Shown here in pieces: positions 11,039-24,640 of a DNA stretch of 64,000 nt (within the stretch, counting starts at the first letter, position 1; each line of letters begins with the position of its first letter). The position numbers were made by a program, and so were the translations under genes. The stretch covers positions 157,225 through 221,224 of the forward strand of contig JAQGDQ010000387.1 in NCBI GenBank assembly GCA_030141605.1, in the 5' to 3' direction. Below the pieces are notes generated by a model. It was not told where the DNA came from. It saw nothing but the letters and a program-made list of their open reading frames with translations, and did no database searches. The DNA is from Tubiluchus corallicola. Its lineage: Eukaryota; Animalia; Priapulida.

Positions 11039-11764
11039 CAGTAAGTCCTCGCTTAACGATGCTAGTGCGTTTCAGCAAAATGTGACGTTAAGCAAAACGT
11101 CGTTAAATGAAACCAAGACTTCCGTAGAAACTAATATAAAGGAATTGAGATACATTCGCGAGGCAAAAATCTATCCAGTTTAAACTACATAAATTAAACG
11201 TTTTATGAGTTTTATTCATATTTCTACTGATTAATTTCTTTCTGTTTGCTTGAAAATGGTCTTACCAATACCTAGCTAGACTTGTTTGTGGTTTCTCTTT
11301 CGCCAATGTTGAAGCCCTTGATACAGGCAGTTAGTGGTTCAACACTGGCTTGTGAACGCCAAGCCCTGGAATGACCTTGGGATAATTTCATAAATGTAGT
11401 ACTAGCTGGTGGCTATAGCAACAGGTTGCAGACAAATTTCCGTGGCGGAAAGTTTAAACTCGGGTGTGTGGAAGGGTATAAATACAATTCGCTTTATACA
11501 AACAGCTAGCATTTAGTGCGTAGTCAGTCAGGAAGCAAAAACATATGATAATTGTATTGTTTCGTGTTACTAGTACGTTCTTAGAACAGAATAATGCAAT
11601 ATAAACCATATTTAATGCTCCAAATAGTTGTTTATAAAATAAAAAATGGCTTTCACCAAGGTAAAAAAAGGTTAAAGTAAATGTGCATTGTTGAGGTGTC
11701 AAATGTTCAGCATTGCTAAAACGAAACGTCGCTAAACGAGGAGTCATTTAGCAAGGATTTACTG
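11039..11764. mobile_element. Non-autonomous pogo/Tigger-like DNA transposon (MITE)
   Basis: Imperfect TIRs cagtaagtcctcgcttaa / tttagcaaggatttactg, TA at the right flank; related copy at 31975. Confidence 0.75.
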
Positions 11765-12889
11765 TAATTGTAGTTATATTCGAATTGTAATAGCTGAGCA
11801 AACTAGTAATCGCTAGTTGTAATTGTACTTATTGTAGTCAGTAATTAATTTCTGTACAGAGTTGATTTGAAGGCAAAAATAAACTAAATTATTATTCATC
11901 AACCACTTCTGCTATTTATTGATAACTAATGAGTTTTATGGAGTCATTCTGCCAACTAGTAATTATAGCTTAAGTTAGTTACATTATTGTATACTGCCTT
12001 CCCCTTTGATATCGTTACATAGCTGTGCAAGTGATGTTACATATCCACAATTAATTAAATTACGATACCAGACGTGAAAGAGACAGTGTGAAAATGCTCA
12101 GATGCAGCCTGCATTTGAACCAGGGTTTTGCTGACATTGCAAATCCCTCACACCACTAAGCCACTGCATTTCCCAGTGGTCAAGGCAGCCCAATTTTTCG
12201 AGCCTTGAAAAGGCTGAATTTGGATAGCCAACAATAAGGATGAACATCGGCCTTCTGGGACGTCAGGGAAATGTTGCGGTCTAGTCGAATAAGGCGTCTG
12301 CAATAGCATTCCTTACTTCTTATACATGTATATCTATTTGGTTTTCTTATGAGGATGATGGTGCAGCCCTACCGATATTGCAGTGCACTTTTTAAATCAT
12401 GATGACCTAGTCTTTGAACAACAGCGCTTGTTCCGACCACAATCACCAAGTTTACACAACAGTTCTTTGAGTATGATTATAATTATCATACTCATACTGT
12501 GACTAAACTGTGAATACGCCAATGAAATGTCATCGTGACGAAAAAGACGTAAATAAAGTACAAAGTTTACAAACATGTTCTTCGGACCCTGTTTAGCAGT
12601 GAGAGGCGTAGTGAAAAACCACTTTACATCGGTCTTACGCTTTGGTCATACACTGTGACTTCAAGAAGATTTCTTGTATTATCAATTTATCACATGTTAT
12701 AGAAAATGAATGTCGAGCATTTAAGACAAAATACTTTAATTTAGATGAAAATTAAAGTCAGTGGCTTGTCACCACCACTGCTTATTCAAGTCCTGGCATA
12801 GGGAGGTGAGCAGAATCATGTCACTGGACGTGTGATTCATTGGATGAGAATATGAATGTAGATTCATTTAACCAGACGCATACATGACA

Positions 12890-14053
12890 GATTAAATGGC
12901 AACATTCCACCAATCAAGCTGCATATAGGGAGGGACGTAGCACTACTTAACTAATAATGTCAGCAAAATACTAGCAGAAAAAGCAGTCACATCTATTTCT
13001 TATCAAATCACGATCTTGTTACTTAATATTATGATTAAGGCGTTTGATACTGTAGAAAGAGGAATTCTGTTTGATGACCTATAAACCGTATTACAACCAG
13101 ATGAAATGCACATTATTACAATTTTACTAAAGGATGTTAAACATACTGTAAAAGTTGGGAACACCTTAAAAAGAACTTTTAGCACGAATATTGGGATCCC
13201 TCAGGGGGACTGTCTTAGTCCAATACTTTTCAATGCCCTTAAGGTCCAAACTCCTCCAAATGATGATCATGATTATGATACCACTGTCTCTGATAACCTT
13301 TTTCAACATATTCTGGATCAGTGCTATCCTGCTTTGTAATCCTATGAACCATTCCTTATTGATCAACAATATGCAGATGATATTGTATGGATTAATCTAT
13401 CAAATTTTCAAACTAACACAACTAAAATTGATTTTCCAAAAAAACTAGAAAAAAGAAATCTTCAAGTAAACGAGGCAAAAACAAAAGAATATATTAGTGC
13501 AAGAGATGGTAATCAGTCGTGGAAAAAGTGCAAGTACATGTTCACTTTTCTAAGCACCGAAGATGATATTAAAAGCAGAAAGCAACAAGAAATTAAGTCT
13601 TAACGTAAGACTTCGATTATTTAATGCTTACGTTACCAGCATATTTATGTACAACAGCAAAACTTGAGGTTTAATGATTACTCAAGAAAAGCAGATTGAA
13701 ACATTTCATAGAAGTCTTCTTAGGAAAGTTTCAAAGATAAGAGTGGCCATACATAATAAAAAATGGAGATTTACACACCAGAACAAAAAAAAATTTCTTG
13801 GAGTTTAAAAGTCAAGATCCGAAGATTAAGATGGCTAGGACATCTTCTAAGAATACCAAATGAAGCACCAGTAAGAATCAACTTGGATAGCTAAGATAAA
13901 TAACGATGTTCAACAACTTCAACCAAACCTATCTTTAGGAGTAGAAGAACTTACGCTGTTAGCCGCAGATAGAAGTGGGTGGAATGCTCTGATAAACATT
14001 GATACCTCAATGCCTACTATAGGTGGAAAGAGATTAAGAATGAAGAAGAAGAA
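12890..14053 (+). mobile_element. 5'-truncated, decayed non-LTR retrotransposon (RTE-like) reverse transcriptase remnant
   Basis: Frameshifted motifs AYREGRST, KAFDTV, GIPQGDCLSPILF, QYADD and RRLRWLGHLLR; ends in a short (GAA)n tail near 14042-14053. Confidence 0.85.
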
Positions 14054-15076
14054 ATTTGATTGACATTTTTTCGCTACGAGAAATCCATGTGAAATTAACA
14101 GAAAATTATTCTTTAAACAACAAGCATAAAGTATTTTTGCATGGAGATAACACAAGCGCTCATGCTAGAGTGGGTTTTGTTCATTTTGTGGACTTTAATT
14201 GCACACTATTAGTATCACAAATTCAAGAGAGTTATTGCTGTTAAAATTTGTATAAAAAACAAGCAAATCACTATGACTGTGAACCCAAATTAAGAGTTGC
14301 TTTTTATAATGATCTGGATAACTTCATGAATCTCAAGGTTTTGTTATTTTCATTTCAGATTCAAGATTAATTTAATTATTGTAATAATAGTTTTAAATTT
14401 CCTACTTTTGTAAATACAAATTTAGAAAGAGAAATGTCATGTTTATGTAGAATTGAGTTATAAGCCTAGCCATAAAAGTAAAAATCTGGGCTTCTTTAAA
14501 CCAAACTGGCACTATGACACTCATACCTTTTGATTTTTAAGTTGGTGTTTTCTGCTTCAGAGTTTCGATTATTTTTAGGTTAGGACTTTTTAGCTTCACT
14601 CTATGCAAAATGCCATGACTTAAAAGCAGACCTACATCGAGGGTTCATTTCACTTTCAGAATATAATGAAGAATATAATGAATATTATGAACAGTAAAAT
14701 GGTAATTAGTTTTTTTGCCGGCGCACGGTTAATAACGATGAATTGTTACAGATGCATGAATCCAACTCAGTGCCAGACAGTCTGCCTGCTTGGCACTTGT
14801 CTGCTATCGTACACACGTGTTGGCAGGTGTATCACAATATAGTATAAAGTTAAGCGCAGTACACAGCCCTATCTTGTACCTAGCGAGCATGTCATAATTA
14901 TAATATGTTGTAATTGACGAAGCGGAAAGTTGATTTGATGTCTAAATAGTGAAAATCAGACTACAGTTTTAAGCAGCCTGTGACATGCAATATGCTAACA
15001 AAATATTCACGCAAAAGGAAGACTATTGGACAAAACTATTTTGAGTGGGTGATTCAGGCTGGAACATGTTGTAATA

Positions 15077-16065
15077 CAGTAGGCGCCGCTTAATAGAGTC
15101 ACGGTTAATAAACTCAATAACTTAATTGACTTAAAAACTTCTGTTACGGGTCGCTTCTATTCTAATGTACATAAAAACTGTCGGTAATTGACTCAAATAA
15201 CGCCTCTCATAATTGACTCAATATTTTTCCTTCACATGCTTCAGTAAGACACTTTCCTTCCTGTGACTAATAAGCTTTTATGACTCGTATCATCTTAATT
15301 TGCTTTTCACCTTATTTTATGCATACAGTCATGTCAAGAACCATTTTGTTTGTGAACAAGAACATTTATCATATGCAATTATGCTAGTCTATTTTTTTCC
15401 TTTGACCCACCCGTCCACTGCAATCAACCTCGTTACCCAAGAATTCCTTTAGTCACTTGCTTAGCAGTTTTGCTTTTGAAACTCTGGTTGTCTTTGCCAG
15501 AAAGCTTAATCAGTTAGCTGGTGCTGTTATGCTAGGGACACGGGTACAGTACAGTTAGTAGGTCACGATAGCAAGCGGGATCTTAGGCGAAACTACAGAC
15601 AAAGTTGCAGGGAAACACGGACTCCATCAACAGTTTAAGCACACCAAGTACTAAGTATTTTAGCAGAATTTGTGCATCATACAACAAAGCTTTCGTTTTT
15701 ATCATTATGAGAATTTTGGAAGCCAACTTCTTTGCGATGAAATGAAGCAGCCGACTTAGAAGGAATTTTTGTAATTTTTGCAAATAAGCAGATGTGTGAT
15801 TTAGAAAAGTATACTTTTTAATATATTGCTCATTCACTTATATAAATTAATATTTTAAAATGTTTTTTAATTTTTAACTGCATAAAGGAACTTAGGCATT
15901 ACTTCGTTTCTAAAATTCATTAAAATCCTTCGCAGTGCATAGTAAACTGGTGACTCACACTTCTGTACCAGTAATACTACACCCATCGGTTCATAAGTTC
16001 AGTCGGTTAATTGGGTCAAAACACTTCTGTCCTAAAGCAAGTCTACTATTAAGCGGTGCCTACTG
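15077..16065. mobile_element. pogo/Tigger-like MITE
   Basis: 20-bp TIRs cagtaggcgccgcttaatag / ctattaagcggtgcctactg (1 mismatch), TA target-site duplication on both sides. Confidence 0.9.
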
Positions 16066-17560
16066 TAAATGCATACTGGTATATAATTCCGTTCTGCACA
16101 TTTAATTTCACTTGCTGTTGTTTGGACAAACCTCTAATTTGCCAATTCGAGCCATTGCCAAACTTTCCGTTTTAGTCGAAGTAGATCGGACATAGGAAAA
16201 ATTGTTTTGCTTACAAGCCATACTGAACAAAACACACAAGATTTACACTGGATTTCTTTATTTTTGGTCTTAGCCCTATATTGAAGAATGATGTATTGCC
16301 AGCACAAAGTGAACTGCTGTAATTTGTTAGCATGGACCATTAATATAGCAGTATCATTAAACTAGAAAAGTTTGCAAGTTTTTGAGATAATTGCTCTGCA
16401 GTATATGGTAATTAATAGTCCGCTATGCTGTAGTTACATAATATGGCTGCACTGTATACCGGTTGTTTTTTGTGTCACAGTTTACAGTTGCATTAGTTTT
16501 TACATTTACTGTGGGACATTGTTGCTGCAAGGAATTAGAAATTCTGTATATGATCATTGATTTTAAAGATTTTGTCACCGCTGATTGAATAAGATTTTCT
16601 TTGGTGAGTTTAGCTCTTTATAACAACAAAAGTTCTCTCTTAACTAATGAATTGGGTCTTTTGAACCACGTAGGACTTTGTGGTCAAACCAAGTTGAACA
16701 ACAGTCCTGAAATATCATTGCCGGGCCAACCAAACTGAAAGGTTCAGCAGTTTGACTCCGCTCAGTCGAACGGTTCGTCCCACAACTGTCATTTGCTTCC
16801 TCTGTGTTCACAACAACATTTGAGAGCAATGTGTGGACCTGTAAATATTTTATTCCACGTTAGGGTGGGGGTTAAGAAGGCCTTGGTTAGGATGTAAATA
16901 TAAATGTGTTTGAAAAAGAAAAACCTTTAGTTGGTTGTTAATCGACTTTTTATTTTCTAGGCATTTCTTTAGTCGTCACAAAAGTTAGGACGAATTACAA
17001 CGTATTTTCTGTTAATGACATGTCACTACCTGCGACCATGCAAATTAAATAGCAGTAGTGCTTGTATGAATTAATGCAGGTTTAGGATATAATCTTTGGT
17101 TCGGTTAAACAAAAACATAAAATGTACCTTCGATGCACTTCTTTTTGAACAAGGAGATGCAGGTGAGAAAGTGTAATAGTGCCAGCTAAACTTTGCAATT
17201 ATCCTAAGTTTTCCTAAGGAATTGGCAGTGACTGACAAAGTCATGACATGTCTGCCCAAATTGCTAAAAATATAGGCAATTGACAATTACAAATGAAATC
17301 TGTGTCAAAATCAGTACAGTCAATCCAATTTCACAAATCCTATTGATTAACATTTTGTTAATATTTTTTACCTCAGTAATGTCACTTATGTATCCTCAGA
17401 AGTTTGTTTCTAGGTGATGACAATCAAGCCACTGTTAGCATTTAAGCTAAATGTGTATAATTCCTTACAATTGAATATTTTTTATCTCTTGCATTTTGTT
17501 TCTAGCTTCTGGTAATCATTACCAGTCAATCTGCTGGAGACAATTAATAAAACACCAAAC

Positions 17561-17661
17561 ATGTGGAAACATGTCTCATCTACAATGCTGCAGTTTCGGA
17601 TGTTGAAAAGTCTGCGCAGAAATTATGATTGTTTCAAAATGCTATCATGTGCCGTTCCGTG
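17561..17661 (+). CDS. MTIF2: MTIF2 first coding exon (MWKHVSSTMLQFRMLKSLRR..., transit peptide)
   Basis: ATG lies after an acceptor at 17504-17505; donor gttagt; phase fits the next exon. No conserved motif. Confidence 0.6.
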
Positions 17662-18424
17662 GTTAGTACTATGATTAGGTCGCAAAAAGTTTATCATTTT
17701 AGTTCTTATGTACAGTTTGTACACTACCCTCTGCTGTGCTGCTGTCACTGTAACAACATAGAAAAATACCAATCGCAAGTATTTTTTTGTCTGCTTTATG
17801 GCAGTTTTTTTTTGCTTGTAGTGTGCTGAGTAAAAGTAATAATGTTTCCCAAGTGTTTGTGGTGTCTTAGTGTAAATCTTGATCTAGTGTACAGTTTACA
17901 AAATTGCCTGTGGATATATTAAACCATTCATATCTTACTTTGTGACCGAACTAAATTATATTTTATAAGCATCATATTGTCTATAAATATTTTATAAAAA
18001 GTACCCATGAATCATTCTATCTGCAAGTGTTCTTGCACATTATGGACTTTTAAGCCAGTTTGTATGCTTCATCAGCATTAATGTTAGCAAGCCGGAAATA
18101 TAAATAAAGTGCTTTTAATAAAAACCAATAAAATATACGCATTTCTCTTAATAAACCAAACTTTTATTCTAGGTTGCAAAATTAAGCAATGCATAAAGCC
18201 AAAAAGTGAAGTAGGTTTAAAGGATTGTAAATTTTTGTAATGTTCCTTCTGTTCAAAAAGTGTCAAACTTCACAACAGGAAACAGTAATTTTGCTAATAT
18301 TTAAAAAATTCTAGTGTGCCTAAGACATCATCAGAAGGGTAACATAGATAGATCCGATAAGATAAATCACGAAATTTCTTTTGTTTTTATTAGTATTCAT
18401 TTCCTGCTGTATCATTTTTTCTAG

Positions 18425-18527
18425 CACACAGCACGTTTGTTCAGTCTGTCAGCAATGTCATAATCGGCACTTTTCAACATCAAACGTTTTGCAGAAGAAA
18501 AAGAAGTCTCGGCTGACTAAGATGTTG
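18425..18527 (+). CDS. MTIF2: MTIF2 exon (…RHFSTSNVLQKKKKSRLTKML)
   Basis: ttttttctag acceptor, gtaagt donor; RxFSTS resembles a presequence cleavage motif. Confidence 0.72.
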
Positions 18528-18953
18528 GTAAGTTGAGAAAACATCTATAGATGGCGCTCATGGTTTAGTTCCTGTGTAACATTTCTATATTAGCAGTTAC
18601 TGATGGCAAAATTTTGCAGACAATAATGAATAGGTCTGTTTGTTCATTACCTGTTAGGCTTCTGTTAAATACATAATTAGTGCATCATGTTTTATACTGC
18701 AGGCTCTGCCTGTAAACTGGTTGTATGTTTGTAAAAATTTACCATTGATGATGACAGCAGTAGCTCTGTCGAAACGTTTAACATGATTTTTTAACTCTGT
18801 AAACTAAAATTTTTACTAAAGTTGTACTGTTTTAATTATAAATATTTGAAAGTGCCTGTAATGAAAAAAGTTATTAAAATAAGGACTAGATGGAATATGA
18901 GTAGATTTTTTTAAAATCACAGCAATAATGTCGATCTGCTTGCTATTTTACAG

Positions 18954-19101
18954 CAGAAAGATCTTCCGCATAAACTCAAACTCAGAGATCCATATAACGT
19001 GAGACCGAAACCAAAACAGCCAAAACTGCACGTCGGGTCGGTCATTATCCGTGCAGGTGTTACCGTACAGGAAGTTGCTGACGCTGTCGAAAAATCAATA
19101 G
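18954..19101 (+). CDS. MTIF2: MTIF2 exon (…IIRAGVTVQEVADAVEKSI)
   Basis: NAGNAG acceptor (cagcag), gtaaga donor; IF2-N-like TVxExA motif. Confidence 0.8.
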
Positions 19102-19832
19102 GTAAGAATACCTGAAAGTACCAGTGGAAAGCACCCCTGTTCTGTAATGAAATAATAATTATTTGCTGTAATTTACGAGGTAGTAGCAATAAAATTATTA
19201 TTTTCATGATTATAACACAAATAGACTGAAGCTAAATGTCCTTTTACAGATTCAAGTTCATTGTGCTCTCTAAATCTAGAAGACAGTATTGTTGATGTGT
19301 TAGATAACTTTCATATTAACTGTGTATTATAACATATAAACTTTCACGTGAAAAAGGTGTGCAGTTTTTTTTTACTTTTTCAAGATTCAAGATCTTCTCA
19401 TTACGAAAAAATCAGGAAAATATTTTTTGAGCAGTTATGTGGAACAAACAAAATTTCAGTACTCCCGGGTACGGGATTGCTTTACATGTCTGACAGATCA
19501 GAACTAATTTTCTTATTCTGCAATATAAAGAGCTACTGCTTTACCAAAACAGTAAACAGTAAATTATTTATTCTAAAATTTGACTGCTGACGGTCCTGTG
19601 GTCATTGTATCATTGTTGTCCAAATGATGATCAATATTCAAAACAAGGAAATTGTGGATTATTATTTGATAATAGCAAGTTCACCAGATAGCAAAACTTT
19701 AGAATAATGTTTATCTGTTATTTGGCTGTATCCTCGATCAGTCTCTGTCGAACACCTCATTTTGTAGTTGTCACCGGTGTTATTAGATTACATTAATAAG
19801 TGTTTATTTACGTTAACTGAAAATATTTGCAG

Positions 19833-19901
19833 ATGACGTTTTTGAAGCAATGATGTATATTGAAAACTACAACACTGACAAGTACGATAACCCCAGTGCA
19901 G
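19833..19901 (+). CDS. MTIF2: MTIF2 exon (DDVFEAMMYIENYNTDKYDNPSA)
   Basis: tttgcag acceptor, gtttgt donor, phase 1-1. Confidence 0.75.
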
Positions 19902-20338
19902 GTTTGTATAAACACTTTGATTTTCTATCTCATTTCTGTAAGTGCTTTTCGTTATTGTAATCCTTACTGGTATTGCACACAAGGTGTTTTTTATAGTATT
20001 CTCAATACTTTTTAGAGATGCTGGAAGCAAGACATGGGAACAGAGTAATTAAAAGATATGATTTTTATTAAAATCTCATTCTTGGCGCACAATCCATTGT
20101 CTTTCGAGACAGAAGGATGCCAACAACAACAATTCTGTGAAGCTATCAGATGTGTGTTTTTTTACTCTTTAAACACATGTACACAAAGATTTTGTAAAAA
20201 TTCAACTTTTTGTCGGAAATGTTCTGTTACTGGTTTTTATTGTTATGAATTTTCTTAAATTTCCATTTTAGCTCATCGATCTGCGTAATTTGAATGTAGA
20301 ATATATAAAACTTTGTCTACACATGCTGTTTGTTGCAG

Positions 20339-20450
20339 TAATTGACGACGTGAATGTAGTTCGAGAATTAGTGAAACGTTGCAGGCATATGTACCCCACT
20401 CGTGTCGCTGCCAAGCATAAAGATAAAGAAGACAGGGACGCTCAACGAAG
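20339..20450 (+). CDS. MTIF2: MTIF2 exon (IDDVNVVRELVKRC...DRDAQR)
   Basis: ttgcag acceptor, gtatca donor; lies inside ORF 20290-20535. Confidence 0.82.
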
Positions 20451-20872
20451 GTATCAATTTTTCTTTGTAAATTTTGTGATGCTGTTTTGTCACGATCATG
20501 TAATTTATACCAATCATGTGAATCTTTTTGATTGATTTTAATTTCAATATACAGAGTAAACTTAGGCGATTGCGCCTATTCTGGGATAAGAACGTCGTTA
20601 GGGATTAAAAATTGGCCAATAATACTGATATATGAAATTTTGGAATTTTGATTTTCCTAACTCCTCTGTTTACAAATTCCCTACATGGGTAAGGGTCTAT
20701 TTCTTGCCTAGATTGGCTTCTAAATTACTGACTCAATTTATAATGTAATGTAATGTATAAAGCTATGTCACCGTATGTGACTGTTCTGTGAGTACAAAAT
20801 AATTAGTGGCATGCAACACTGCATAATTTATGTTTTAAGGCAGTCGACAATCAGTCACGTTGCTTTGATGTA

Positions 20873-21287
20873 CAGTGTTCCCTCGCTATTTCGCGGTTCG
20901 TTTATCGCCGACTCGCTGTTTCGCGGGTTTTTGCATTACTCCGTCTAAAGTATTTTTGCACATGCGTAGTACGTATTATACAGTAATGTATAGATTTGAT
21001 GAATTTTGCATAAAAAATCACAAACTGTATAAAAATATATTAAAAATATTAATTCTAACAGAATATTATAAATCATAAAAAATTACCATTTACAGTAAAT
21101 AGTTTATTTATTAGGCAAATGAATACACACCAAAACCGAAATGTAGTACTTGCGCACGCTTGAGATGTGGGATTGACTTAAAATAATGTATAACTACTAA
21201 AATATGTATAGCATCCCTACTTTGCGGAAATGCACTTATCGTGGATGGGCATGGAACGGAACACCTGTGATAAGTGAGTGAACACTG
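20873..21287. mobile_element. Tigger-like MITE in an MTIF2 intron
   Basis: TIRs cagtgttccctcgct / agtgagtgaacactg, TA duplications, subterminal tcgcgg repeats. Confidence 0.85.
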
Positions 21288-21455
21288 TACTTAGTTTCTT
21301 AGTAAAATGTTGATATGCATTATTTCCCGCGCTTCTTTCTCAAAGCACTATTTTTGCAGTGTTGATACACAGCCAACTTTAGGCCCATTTGCACTGTACC
21401 TTCAGTTAACTTTGAAAGAATCATCAATTCACTTTTGCCTTTTTTCATTTAACAG

Positions 21456-21616
21456 GCCTCCCCCTGATCCGGAACAACTGACCAAACGACCACCGGTTGT
21501 CACTATAATGGGTCACGTGGACCACGGGAAGACGACATTGCTCGATGCATTGAGGAAGAGCAACATTGTGGAGAAAGAGTTTGGTGGTATCACCCAACAT
21601 ATCGGTGCTTTTTCTG
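21456..21616 (+). CDS. MTIF2: MTIF2 exon with P-loop ([20 protein letters not shown]...[10 protein letters not shown])
   Basis: Canonical IF2 G1/G2 motifs with splice sites. Confidence 0.97.
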
Positions 21617-21649
21617 GTAACTTTGCCATCATACGTTTTGAATTTAGAG

Positions 21650-21790
21650 CAGAAGTCAAGTCTGTCAGGAAGTTGAGCTTATTCTAATATTTGGAAAAAA
21701 TGTTAGAAAATTTCAGCAGTAAAATTGTGATAAGCATCTCGTGCAATTAGTAAAATCAATTTAAAGTCGTGATCGCTTTACGCTTGGGCG
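21650..21790. repeat. Interspersed repeat fragment, inverted homologue of 60020-60160
   Basis: ttagtaaaatcaatttaaagtcgtgatcgctttacgcttgggcgc is close to the reverse complement of gcgcccaagcacgaagtgatcgcgactttaaagtgattttgctaa. Confidence 0.75.
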
Positions 21791-23487
21791 CGTTCATTTT
21801 AGACGAAAAATGGCGTCATCCGGTTTCTGTGCAATATAAACACTTATCCCGCCAGGTGCTTCAGAATCTTTATTGGACTCTATAAACTAAGTAACCAGCC
21901 CGGCAGCTACTACGTACTGTCAAGTTTACATGCGTATCTAAAAGTCAACAAAAATCTCTAAATTAGTTATTTAGACAATTAATGTTAATTACTTACACAT
22001 TTTAAGGTGTAATCTTGTAGATTAAAGTAATGTAGCCCCTTTAAATTTGATCATAATTGATCGAAAGATTAATTTCTAGAAAAACACGGTTAAACACAAC
22101 GTTAGAATAACGGAACTTCTAAGCAAACGGTAGAAATTTTGCAACGCGTACCTTCACAGCCCAGCATACACCAGCTTACGTCATTTTTTTAAACATGTTG
22201 GTTACAACGTTCGTTCAGCGGGAGATAAAAAATATTTAAATTTCTTTTACATTTTTAAGCAAAGCATTTTATGCGCATATTTTGTGTTGATATTTCAATA
22301 TTTTTAAATGTACATTAAAATGCAATAAATGTTATTCGAGGATTGGTTCTTCCTTCAGTAGCTTTCAGTAGAATACAGAATTTTAAAATTTATTAGAATT
22401 AGAATTTATTGTTAGATTTAAGTCATAAGTCATTTATTTCACATTACACATTTACAATAGTTTCATGTTCAATATCTAGTGAAAGGGTCGACAATGGATA
22501 TAATACAAATAAGAAATACTGCACAGGAAAAGCCTCAAACACTGTTCACCTATATACGAAGGTAAATGTGTTGCGGGTAATCAAGAAGCAGGGCTTGTTA
22601 GATTGTCCCACACGGTGATAGAAAAAAAAATATGGAGATAATCTGAAAATTTAAAGTGAATCGTGATTAAAAAAACATTAGTGCTTAGAATGGAATGACG
22701 TAATGAATGAAGCTCATATATGGGATGATATGAAAGATAGAAAGACTATTATTTTTTAATAGTATGTAAATTTAAAATAACATTTACCATGAGTATACAA
22801 GTGTACAATGATAATTTACACAGAAAGCGTTAAGTTAATGCAAATTTTGACACAGAAAACATCACATTAATTTTTATTGAGGCTAGCGGTATGCCTCTGG
22901 CCAGCACCAGGAAGAAAATATTGTGTTGGTGCCGCCCAGATTAATGGTAAATTTGAAAAACAAAAACAAAAATGGTTAGTTGTACAGTTATTATAAATTG
23001 CTACATAAATACAATAAATAAATATATTTAATTCATTTTTATATACTGTAAACCAGATTCCAACATTCAATAGCAGAGCCTACTCGGTGTGGTGTTTGTG
23101 ACGTCATTATCCAGGATATCCTTCTAAGATGAGCCACTGAACCAGCGGAAGTAAATTAGAACTTTCAAATTCCTAACATAGCAAGAATAACATCCAATTT
23201 GGTCACTGCTAGTGTTCAGCAGAAATGTCGTTATTCCTTAATGATGATGATGATCAAAAATGACGTAAAGTGTACACGAGACCACTTAGCTATTGATGCA
23301 CTTTAAAAGCTTTTTTCATTATGTATAGTGTGCTTTATTTTAAACGTGTACTTTTAATTTGTCTTATAAAAGTTATGTTTGCTAACTTAAAAAAGTAACC
23401 AATTGTCAATAAGGGAAATCTTTGTAAACTGATGATGGTAATCATGTCATTGCGTTATAATTTCATTGTTGTTTTAATTAAAAACAG

Positions 23488-23667
23488 TGCAGTTACCAGA
23501 CAAGAAGGAACTTATAACCTTTCTTGACACTCCTGGACATGCAGCGTTTTCGTCCATGCGGGCACGAGGGGCTCACGCCACGGATATTGTGATCCTCGTC
23601 GTCGCCGCAGATGACGGCGTCATGGAACAGACAGTTGAGAGCATAAAGTATGCCAGGAATGCAGAAG
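23488..23667 (+). CDS. MTIF2: MTIF2 exon ([20 protein letters not shown]...[13 protein letters not shown])
   Basis: Canonical IF2 G3 region with splice sites. Confidence 0.97.
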
Positions 23668-23753
23668 GTGAGGAAAACTGTGATTTTTGGATAGTAGGGA
23701 AATAGTCATTTTACTAAAGTAATGTAGTGTAAATTCTCTTTGTATAGTACACT

Positions 23754-24221
23754 CAGTGATGAGAATTTTCTGCGGATACGCGGAATTCCGAGTTTTTGGA
23801 AGACCAGTAGTTCCATTTTTGTAAATCGCGTAAATTCGTTTAGAAAATTTTTACGGACCCAGTACATTATTTCACAAGCTGACCGCTAGTTGGCAGGCCG
23901 TCACTTTGTTTACATCACATACATCAGTGTAACCACGTGTATATCTCTATGTATAAAAATATAGAATCAATTGTGCGGAGTTATTTGAGTCAATTGCAGA
24001 CAGTTTTTATATACTTTTGCATAGGAGCACCCAGTACTTAGGCGTTTTTGAGACAATCAGGTATCATGTATCCTTGATAGTTGGGTATTTTAAATTATAC
24101 ATGAAACAAGGTAACTGATATTTTAAGTCCACTTAGAGGCTCTCTATGGTCGCAAAATTGCAATTTGTTGCTGCCTACGGCCTGTTTCAGAGTTTTTTGC
24201 AATTTGTCATTCTCATCCCTG
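23754..24221. mobile_element. hAT-type non-autonomous element
   Basis: 13-bp TIRs cagtgatgagaat / attctcatccctg and 8-bp target-site duplication agtacact / agcacact. Confidence 0.85.
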
Positions 24222-24299
24222 AGCACACTACCTTATTTAAAATCTTAGCACGCTAAACAATAAAATACATTTAAAATTCATATGAAACATAAAATTTAA

Positions 24300-24640
24300 A
24301 AAACGTTAAAAATTAAAAATAATTCAGGACAAAAAATACAATTTAAACAAATATGTTTTAAAATGTTGTTAAAAACAATCTAGTGGATTTGTAGAAAGTA
24401 TAGCAACAGGTAAGTTGTTCCAATGACATGGAGCAGTGACAGAAAAATCTTTTTCACCATAGAATACTGTATTAGCAATTGGCTGATGTAAATTAATTTC
24501 TTCATTAGCATTAGAACGAAAAGTTCAAGATGTGTTACGGCATATCAAACGATCGGTAAGGTATGCAGGTGCCGAACCATGTAGTATTTTGTAAGTGATA
24601 CAAAGAGTTTTAAATTGAATTTTAAACTTTATCCGATTCT
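24300..24640 (-). mobile_element. L2/CR1-type LINE 3' remnant
   Basis: Peptide RIKFKIQFKTLCITYKILHGSAPAYL and downstream FSVTAP..WNNLP are typical of the C-terminus of L2-clade ORF2. Confidence 0.7.

Noticed and set aside
12090-12300. Possible tRNA genes here and at about 33920-33985, 37346-37402 and 53123-53195
   Set aside because: Only partial A/B boxes and broken stems; at best SINE heads or pseudogenes, not functional tRNAs.
16644-16838. Minus-strand ORF preceded by an acceptor-like atttacAG
   Set aside because: No recognisable homology and no partner exons found; it could be a non-coding exon but I cannot support that.
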